Assembly (NCBI GenBank): GCA_965219685.1
Contig: CBDCOH010000002.1
Location: forward strand, 608,001 to 672,000
Length of the DNA: 64,000 nucleotides
Reading direction: 5' to 3'
Source: Candidatus Spongiisociaceae bacterium
GTDB taxonomy: Bacteria; Actinomycetota; Acidimicrobiia; Spongiisociales; Spongiisociaceae
The position numbers and the translations under genes are program-made. Positions 58,010 to 64,000 of the stretch are shown here, in pieces; position 1 is the first letter of the stretch, and every line of letters begins with the position of its first letter. The notes under the pieces are model-generated. The model was not told the origin of the DNA. It worked only from the letters and a program-made list of their open reading frames with translations, and ran no database searches.

Positions 58010-58513
58010 TCATCCGACGGCTTTGAGCTTGCGGACCTTGGGTTCGCGACGCACCGCGATCCGTCCCGACTTGACGAGCTCGATTATCCCGAACGGACGG
58101 ACGAGGTCCAGGAAATCGTTGAGTTTGGAAGGCTTGCCGGCCATGAGCAGGGTCAAGGAGTTGACCGCCACATCCACCGGAGTGGCGTTGAAGATCCTGG
58201 CCAGGTCAATTACGTCCCCCCGTCGCCCCGAGGTGGCGTTTACCTTCACGAGCATGATCTCGCGTTCGATCGAGATGGCGGGATCGAGTTCGGTGATCTT
58301 CACAACGTTGACCAGCTTGTGCAGCTGCTTTTTGACCTGTTCCAGTTCGGCGGCCATCACCACGATTGTCATGGTGGACAGGCCGGCATCGGCAGTCGGC
58401 CCCACGGCCAGCGAGTGGATGTTGAACCCCCTCCGGGCAAGCAGCGAGGAGACCCGCGCAAGCACACCGGGCTTGTCCTCGACCAGCACGCTCAGCACGC
58501 GATGTTCTCTCAT
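58010..58513 (-). CDS. ilvN: Acetolactate synthase small subunit
   Basis: LSVLVEDKPGVLARV..L.ARRGFNI.SLAVG, KQLHKLVNV. Confidence 0.97.
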   Translation of the reverse strand: MREHRVLSVLVEDKPGVLARVSSLLARRGFNIHSLAVGPTADAGLSTMTIVVMAAELEQVKKQLHKLVNVVKITELDPAISIEREIMLVKVNATSGRRGDVIDLARIFNATPVDVAVNSLTLLMAGKPSKLNDFLDLVRPFGIIELVKSGRIAVRREPKVRKLKAVG

Positions 58514-60210
58514 AAGTCCTCCGGTCCTGTCAGAACGATGTCGTTGGATCCCCCGGCGGGCACCATCGGGAACACCATCTCGTCGCGGTCCACCTTGAAC
58601 TCGACCACCACCGACCGGTCGTCGATCTCGAGCATTCGGCTAATCACGCCGTCCACATCCTCGGGGTGGTCGGCGCGCAGCCCCACGCAACCCATGGCTT
58701 CGGCGAGCTTCACGTAGTCGGGGAGGTGCCGGCCAAGGTCGGAGCCCGAGAAGCGCTCGCTGTAGAACAACCTCTGCCACTGCCGGACCATGCCGTGAGC
58801 GGCGTTGTTGAACACCGCCACCTTGATGGGGATCTTCTCGACTGAGGCGGTCAGCAACTCCTGGACGGTCATCTGGAAGCAGCCATCGCCGTCGACCGCG
58901 ATCACCTGCTTGTCCGGCTTGCCGGCCTTGGCGCCGATCGCCGCCGGAACCGCGAACCCCATGGTCCCCAAGCCCCCGGAGTTGATCCAACGGCGGGGCT
59001 TCTCGAAGCCCCAGAACTGCGATGCCCACATCTGGTGCTGGCCGACGCCGGACACCACTATGGCGTCCTCATCCACCAACTCCCGGAGACGGGTGAGTAT
59101 GTACTGCGGCTTGAGCGGACCATCCGGTTCCTGCTCGAAGCGGAGCGGATGGGTCTCCTGCCACTCGCGGATAGTCTGCCACCACTTCCTGAGCTCAGGC
59201 GTAGGCGTGTCGCCCCAACGCTCGCATAGCGCCTCCAGTATCCGGCGGGCATCGCCCACGATCGGTACCTCGGGTACCCGTACCTTGCCGATCTCCGCCG
59301 GATCGACATCGGCGTGGATGACCTTCGCGAAGGGTGCGAAGGCGTCCGGGTCGCCCGTCACGCGATCGTCGAAGCGGACCCCGATCGCCACGAGGAGGTC
59401 GGCTTTCTGGACGGAAGTAGTGGCCGCGTAGAGACCATGCATGCCTGGCATTCCCAGCGCATTGGGATGGCTGTCCGCTATGGCTCCCCTTCCCATGAGC
59501 GTGGTGATCACCGGCATGTTGGTCATCTCCGCGAACGCGGTGAGAGCCTCGGAAGCGTTCGCCTTGATAATCCCACCACCCACGTACAGGACCGGCCGCT
59601 CAGCGCTCTCGATCAGCCTGACAGCTTCGGCAACACGACGCGGATGGGGTTCAACGGTGGGACGGTAACCGGGCATCGAGATGGGTCCGGGATCCCGCCA
59701 CTCGAGACGTGCGTTGAGAACATCCTTGGGAAGGTCGATGAGAACGGGGCCCGGGCGGCCGGTTCCGGCGAGATGGAATGCCTCCGCGACGACTTGAGAA
59801 ATCTCGTCCGGTTCGGTTACGAAGTAGTTGTGCTTGGTGGCCGGCATGGTTATGCCGGTCGTATAGGCCTCCTGGAAGGCGTCGTTACCGACCGCATGGG
59901 TCGGGACCTGCCCGGTGATGGCAACGATCGGTACGGAGTCCATCAGGGCGTCGGCCAGGGGCGTGACCAGATTGGTGGCGCCGGGGCCCGACGTTGCGAT
60001 TGCCACGCCGACCTTGCCGGTTGCCCACGCATATCCCTCCGCCATGTGTCCGGCGCCCTGCTCGTGCCTGGCCAGGATGTGACGGAATCGAGCATCCAGC
60101 AACGGATCGTAGGCGGGAAGGATGGCTCCGCCGGGTATGCCGAAGGCCACGTCGACTTCTTGATACTCGAGAGCTTTGATCAGTGCCTCAGCACCGGTGA
60201 TGCTGCTCAT
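58510..60210 (-). CDS. ilvB: Acetolactate synthase large subunit
   Basis: FGIPGGAILP, RHEQGAGH, SGPGATN, RFDDRVTG, SGGLGTMG, DGDGCFQM, GMVRQWQ. Confidence 0.98.
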   Translation of the reverse strand: MSSITGAEALIKALEYQEVDVAFGIPGGAILPAYDPLLDARFRHILARHEQGAGHMAEGYAWATGKVGVAIATSGPGATNLVTPLADALMDSVPIVAITGQVPTHAVGNDAFQEAYTTGITMPATKHNYFVTEPDEISQVVAEAFHLAGTGRPGPVLIDLPKDVLNARLEWRDPGPISMPGYRPTVEPHPRRVAEAVRLIESAERPVLYVGGGIIKANASEALTAFAEMTNMPVITTLMGRGAIADSHPNALGMPGMHGLYAATTSVQKADLLVAIGVRFDDRVTGDPDAFAPFAKVIHADVDPAEIGKVRVPEVPIVGDARRILEALCERWGDTPTPELRKWWQTIREWQETHPLRFEQEPDGPLKPQYILTRLRELVDEDAIVVSGVGQHQMWASQFWGFEKPRRWINSGGLGTMGFAVPAAIGAKAGKPDKQVIAVDGDGCFQMTVQELLTASVEKIPIKVAVFNNAAHGMVRQWQRLFYSERFSGSDLGRHLPDYVKLAEAMGCVGLRADHPEDVDGVISRMLEIDDRSVVVEFKVDRDEMVFPMVPAGGSNDIVLTGPEDL

Positions 60211-60256
60211 CTGGCTTCCTAACGTGCGGGTGGTCGGGGAACTTGCTGGGAGTCTT

Positions 60257-60285
60257 AGAGAAAAGCCCCCCGTAGTGGAGGGCTT
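60257..60285 (-). terminator. ilvB attenuator terminator
   Basis: Minus strand AAGCCCTCC-ACTAC-GGGGGGCTT followed by TTCTCT. Confidence 0.8.
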
Positions 60286-60315
60286 GGTGCGCACGCGCCG
60301 CGATGCGACGGTGCG

Positions 60316-60351
60316 CTACATAAGTACTAGGACTCTGCCGTCGGGGATCAT
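60316..60351 (-). CDS. ilvB leader peptide (MIPDGRVLVLM)
   Basis: Val/Leu codons GTC CTA GTA CTT before TAG, upstream of the terminator hairpin. Confidence 0.75.
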   Translation of the reverse strand: MIPDGRVLVLM

Positions 60352-60361
60352 GGGAACCCGG

Positions 60362-60390
60362 AGTATGGAGCATGCGAGCCGGGATGTCAA
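60362..60390 (-). promoter_or_regulatory. ilv operon promoter (TTGACA-17 bp-CATACT)
   Basis: Consensus -35 with 17-bp spacing to a -10-like hexamer just upstream of the leader ATG. Confidence 0.5.
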
Positions 60391-60443
60391 CATCCGTGGT
60401 CCCGCAGGTCCGGGCTGGTCGGAGTTGGCGTACGATTGGTGTC

Positions 60444-61664
60444 ATGCGTAACCGTAGGCACGATGGCCTCGCACGGGTCATAGAGGTTGCCAGGCAGGTG
60501 CTGTCCGATCTCGACCCAGACGACATACCGGCAGGCCTTGCCCGGATCGCCGCCCAGACCCGCCGCAGGTTGGTGCCTCCGCTGGAGCGTCGGCTCCTGG
60601 AGGAGATCGACCGCAACGATTGGTTCCGTGAACGAGCGGCAGAAGCATTCGAAGAAGCACGGGACTCCGAGGATCCGGACGGCGAAGCGGCCGCTCTCTT
60701 CCTCCTTAGGCCGGAGGGGTGGGAGGTCCGGCTCGATGAGATCGCGCAGCGGCGGCTGGACTCCGAACGCTCGGATCGTATGGCGCATCTGACCCGGCGG
60801 ATCGGGGAGTTGGAGTCGGAGATCGAATCTTGGAGGAACAGGGCCAAACGGTACCGCCGGAAGGCTGACCAAGCCGCCGTGAAAGCAGACCGCAGAGCGA
60901 CGGAGCGCGCCCGTGGGCGGAAGCAGCGGGAGTCTCGGCGTCTCGAAGAACTCGGAAGGGAGAACCGCAACTTGGCGAAGGAACTGGCGGCGGTTACGGG
61001 GGAACTTGAAGAGACACGGCAACGCCTCGGAGATGCGCGGGCGGAACTGGCGAAGCAGCGGCGGGTCCAGCGGTCGGCGGCGCCAAAGCTCTCCCCCAGC
61101 GCCTGGGGCGAGTTGGATCCGGTCGGGGCGGCGCGGCTTCTGGACGACGTAGCAAGTGCTCTGTCCCCGGAGCCGAGCTTCAGCGACCCGGTGGTGACGC
61201 CGGTAGAATATCCACTTGGTCTTCCGCGTGGGCTGGCGCCGGATGATCGGTCGGCAATCGATTGGCTGCTGACGCTGGATCGGTCCTTCGCGTTTCTCGT
61301 CGACGGTTACAACGTGGGCTATCACCTCGACCATGCCCGCTTCAACTCCGCCGAGATCCGGCGCCGCTTGGAGAACGACCTGGTCCGTCTGAAGTCCCTG
61401 GCGCGGGGTCGGCCTCAGATCACGGTGGTCTACGACTCGGCACAGACCGGAGACACCACGAGAGACTCCGTGGCCGGAGGGGTCGAAGTCCGGTACACGA
61501 ACGCCGGACACACCGCTGACGACGAACTCGTTGACCTCGCCAGACGTCTCGGCCGATCGGCGGTCGTGGTGTCAAGCGACCGCCGGGTCAGGGAGCAGGC
61601 CGAGGAAGCGGGGTCGTTGGGTTTGTGGAGCGAAGCTCTGGCCGGATGGATGCTGCAGTGGTGA
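60444..61664 (+). CDS. Coiled-coil protein with C-terminal NYN (YacP-like) ribonuclease domain
   Basis: LVDGYNV, VVYD, ADDEL, VVSSDRRV; central heptad-rich region. Confidence 0.8.
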   Translation: MRNRRHDGLARVIEVARQVLSDLDPDDIPAGLARIAAQTRRRLVPPLERRLLEEIDRNDWFRERAAEAFEEARDSEDPDGEAAALFLLRPEGWEVRLDEIAQRRLDSERSDRMAHLTRRIGELESEIESWRNRAKRYRRKADQAAVKADRRATERARGRKQRESRRLEELGRENRNLAKELAAVTGELEETRQRLGDARAELAKQRRVQRSAAPKLSPSAWGELDPVGAARLLDDVASALSPEPSFSDPVVTPVEYPLGLPRGLAPDDRSAIDWLLTLDRSFAFLVDGYNVGYHLDHARFNSAEIRRRLENDLVRLKSLARGRPQITVVYDSAQTGDTTRDSVAGGVEVRYTNAGHTADDELVDLARRLGRSAVVVSSDRRVREQAEEAGSLGLWSEALAGWMLQW

Positions 61665-61727
61665 GTGGTGAGTGGTGAATGGTGAATGGTGAGCCTTCCA
61701 GTCACTACTCACCATTCACCACTCACC
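61658..61727. repeat. Head-to-head heptamer arrays forming an inverted repeat between convergent genes
   Basis: GGTGAGT x2, GGTGAAT x2, GGTGAG on +; GGTGAGT GGTGAAT GGTGAGT AGTGACT on -; each contains the stop codon of its gene. Confidence 0.9.
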
Positions 61728-61944
61728 CCTTAAAGTAGCGGCCTAGCAGGTTCAGCAAGATCGTGATTATCACGCTGATGACCACCATCGACGTGAGTGG
61801 AACGAACACCGCCGACCGCTCACCGACGCGTCGGAAGTCTCCCGGCAGGTTCCCGAACCAGGAGAGAAGACCAAAGCGGGTTGCAACACCGGCCAGGATG
61901 GCGATCAGGCCGCCAAGTATCAGGAGGTTGCCGAGGCTTCGCAT
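61723..61944 (-). CDS. DUF2905 family small membrane protein
   Basis: WFGNLPGDF, VFVPLTSMVVIS; two TM segments. Confidence 0.85.
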   Translation of the reverse strand: MRSLGNLLILGGLIAILAGVATRFGLLSWFGNLPGDFRRVGERSAVFVPLTSMVVISVIITILLNLLGRYFKG

Positions 61945-62053
61945 GGCTCTCCCTACGCTAGCCCGATCCGCTTCCGGGCCGGAAGGTGAGGAGCTATCCG
62001 TCGCGGTCCGTCCCTGCGGGCGGAGGGCTACCTCGATTGGGCCGAAGCCTGGG

Positions 62054-62908
62054 TCATGTGGCGCAAACGATCTCGAAGTACTCGGTGATGTCCCGGAATG
62101 TCACCACGCCCAGGGCGCGGTTTGTCTCGCTGATGAGGACCAGATAGCGGTGACCTAGCGTGGCCATGATGCGCAGCGCATCGCTGATCGACGCACCGGG
62201 GGCTGCGGCGGCGATCTGCTCGGTCATCCAGTCGCCCACGGCCTCGTCCACAAGATCCTCCACCCGGCAGGCGACCTTCTGGAATACGTCGTGTTCGGTC
62301 AACTCGCCGATCACCGCTCCCCGGTGGTTGACGACGGACGCCAGCCCGGTCTGGGCGGAGGTCATGGCTTCGATGGCATCGGCCAGCGAGTCGTCGGGCT
62401 TGACCAGAAGCGGCTCCTGGGCGGCCAGGCCGGTGAGGTCCACGAAGTGCAGGTTGTGTTCCGGCGACAGTTCGGGACCCAACTCACTCTGAGAGTCCAG
62501 GAAGGCGACCGCCAGCCGGATAAGGTCGTAGTGGTTCACGCTGCCGAGCAAGTCGCCGTCGGCACTGATCACGGGCAGGTTCCGGAACCGGTGGGCGTTC
62601 ATGAGGCGCAGCGCGTCGAGCGCCGAGGCGTCGTGGCCGATCATCATCGGCTCGGCCGTCATGAAGTTGTCCACCGGAGCGTCCCACACGTCGGGTGCCC
62701 GGACCACGTGGTTGGTGACGTCGCGTTCGGTGAAGATCCCGGCGAGCCTGGCTCCTTCGGTCACCACCGCGCACCCGGTGTGCTGGGCGGCCATCGCCGC
62801 GACGACACTGCGAACCCTTCGGCCGCTGGGGACCACGACATGCGACGACAGCCTCATGCGGGACAGCAGCAAGCTCTCGAAGTACTGCACGATGTTGGAT
62901 TTCGTCAC
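62054..62908 (-). CDS. CBS domain protein (two CBS pairs)
   Basis: GIFTERD, FMT..P, RFRNLPV and a second GELTEHD, WMT, HRYL repeat. Confidence 0.88.
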   Translation of the reverse strand: MTKSNIVQYFESLLLSRMRLSSHVVVPSGRRVRSVVAAMAAQHTGCAVVTEGARLAGIFTERDVTNHVVRAPDVWDAPVDNFMTAEPMMIGHDASALDALRLMNAHRFRNLPVISADGDLLGSVNHYDLIRLAVAFLDSQSELGPELSPEHNLHFVDLTGLAAQEPLLVKPDDSLADAIEAMTSAQTGLASVVNHRGAVIGELTEHDVFQKVACRVEDLVDEAVGDWMTEQIAAAAPGASISDALRIMATLGHRYLVLISETNRALGVVTFRDITEYFEIVCAT

Positions 62909-62968
62909 GGTCCTCCTCTGTCCGGTCGGCCCTGTCCGAGGGTTCCCCCGACGAGGGGAGCGGCTTGC

Positions 62969-64000
62969 TCAACCGTCGGTCACGCAACCCGAACTTGCCG
63001 ATGACACTGTGCGTATGTACTTGGCCAGGGTACCGCGCGTAGCCTTGAGCGGGGGCTCCGTCCACGCCGCCCGGCGGGCGGCCAACTCCGTATCCGAAAC
63101 TGCAAGGGTGATCGTGCGGGTCACAGCGTCGATCGAGATCTCGTCTCCGCGTTCCACGAGCGCGATCGGTCCGCCCTCCTGGGCCTCGGGACTGACATGT
63201 CCCATGATGAATCCATGGGATCCTCCTGAGAACCGGCCATCGGTGATCAGTGCCACGTCCTGGCCCAACCCGGCACCCATGATCGCTGAGGTGGGAGTGA
63301 GCATCTCAGGCATGCCCGGGCCGCCCTTGGGACCCTCGTAACGGATGAGGATGACCGAGCCCGGTCCGATCTCGCCGCGTTCCAGAGCCTGGAGCATCGC
63401 CTCCTCGCTGTCATAGGGAAGTGCCGTCCCTGCGAAGGAAAGGCCTTCCTTCCCGGTGATCTTCGCCACGGCGCCCTCGGGAGCGAGGTTGCCCCGCAGG
63501 ATCTGTATGTGCCCGGTATCTTTGATCGGGTTGTGCCAGGAGGCGATCACCTGTTGCCCGTCCGTCAGGTCAGGGAGACCGGCCAGGTTCTCGGCCAGGG
63601 TCCGACCGGTGACCGTCATGCAGTCCCCGTCGATCGCATTCCTACGGAGCAGCATCCTGAGGACCGCCGGGGTCCCTCCCACGGCATGCAGATCCGCCAT
63701 CACGTAGCGGCCCGAGGGCTTGAGGTCGGCCAGGTAGGGAGTCCGGTCGCTCACAGCCTGGAAGTCCTCGATCTCCAGATCCACTTCGGCCGCATGCGCC
63801 ATGGCCAACAGATGTAGGACAGCGTTGGTGGAGCCCCCGAGCACCATGGTGACCGTCATAGCGTTCTCGAAGGCGGCCCGCGTCATTATGTCGCGCGGCC
63901 GGATGTCGTTCTCCATCAGCCTGCGTACAGCCGCACCGGCCGCCAGGCACTCAGCGGCCTTCCCCTCGTCCATGGCGGGAGTGGAGGAACTGTAGGGCAG
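62969..64000 (-). CDS. ilvD: Dihydroxy-acid dehydratase, 3' part (5' end outside window)
   Basis: [54 protein letters not shown]. Confidence 0.97.
   Translation of the reverse strand: MPYSSSTPAMDEGKAAECLAAGAAVRRLMENDIRPRDIMTRAAFENAMTVTMVLGGSTNAVLHLLAMAHAAEVDLEIEDFQAVSDRTPYLADLKPSGRYVMADLHAVGGTPAVLRMLLRRNAIDGDCMTVTGRTLAENLAGLPDLTDGQQVIASWHNPIKDTGHIQILRGNLAPEGAVAKITGKEGLSFAGTALPYDSEEAMLQALERGEIGPGSVILIRYEGPKGGPGMPEMLTPTSAIMGAGLGQDVALITDGRFSGGSHGFIMGHVSPEAQEGGPIALVERGDEISIDAVTRTITLAVSDTELAARRAAWTEPPLKATRGTLAKYIRTVSSASSGCVTDG

Overview
High-GC bacterial chromosomal segment. Gene content and order (xerC-rpsB, SCO1664/DUF3090/phosphomutase trio, F420-type LLM enzyme, many apparently leaderless promoters, System I Ccm) point to an Actinomycetota genome, most plausibly Acidimicrobiia; this is inference. 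Most of the window is housekeeping: rpsB-tsf-pyrH-frr-cdsA-dxr-rseP-ispG-proS, rimP-nusA-infB-rbfA-truB-ribF-rpsO-pnp, rnpB, trpD, a complete ccm operon, glgC, a his operon with a TrpR-like regulator, vapBC, pntAB and ilvBNC-leuAB with leader peptides. I found no transposase, prophage or CRISPR array. Main signals: (1) a split ORF at 30130-30870 that reads as one lipoprotein thioredoxin-fold selenoprotein (W-A-E-W-UGA-P-A-C with a SECIS-like hairpin), convergent with the ccm operon; (2) polarised heptamer repeat arrays (GGTGAGT/GGTGAAT, up to 54 units) at gene 3' ends, often supplying the stop codon, with C/A-rich heptamers next to downstream promoters and a diverged ~170-bp dispersed element; (3) a RibF whose riboflavin-kinase motifs are degenerate; (4) a PNPase with a (GRGGG)9 tail; (5) small ORFs missed by the ORF track (ccmD, a 33-aa membrane peptide, ilvB and leuA leader peptides). 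All alignments were done by eye; no database searches were run.
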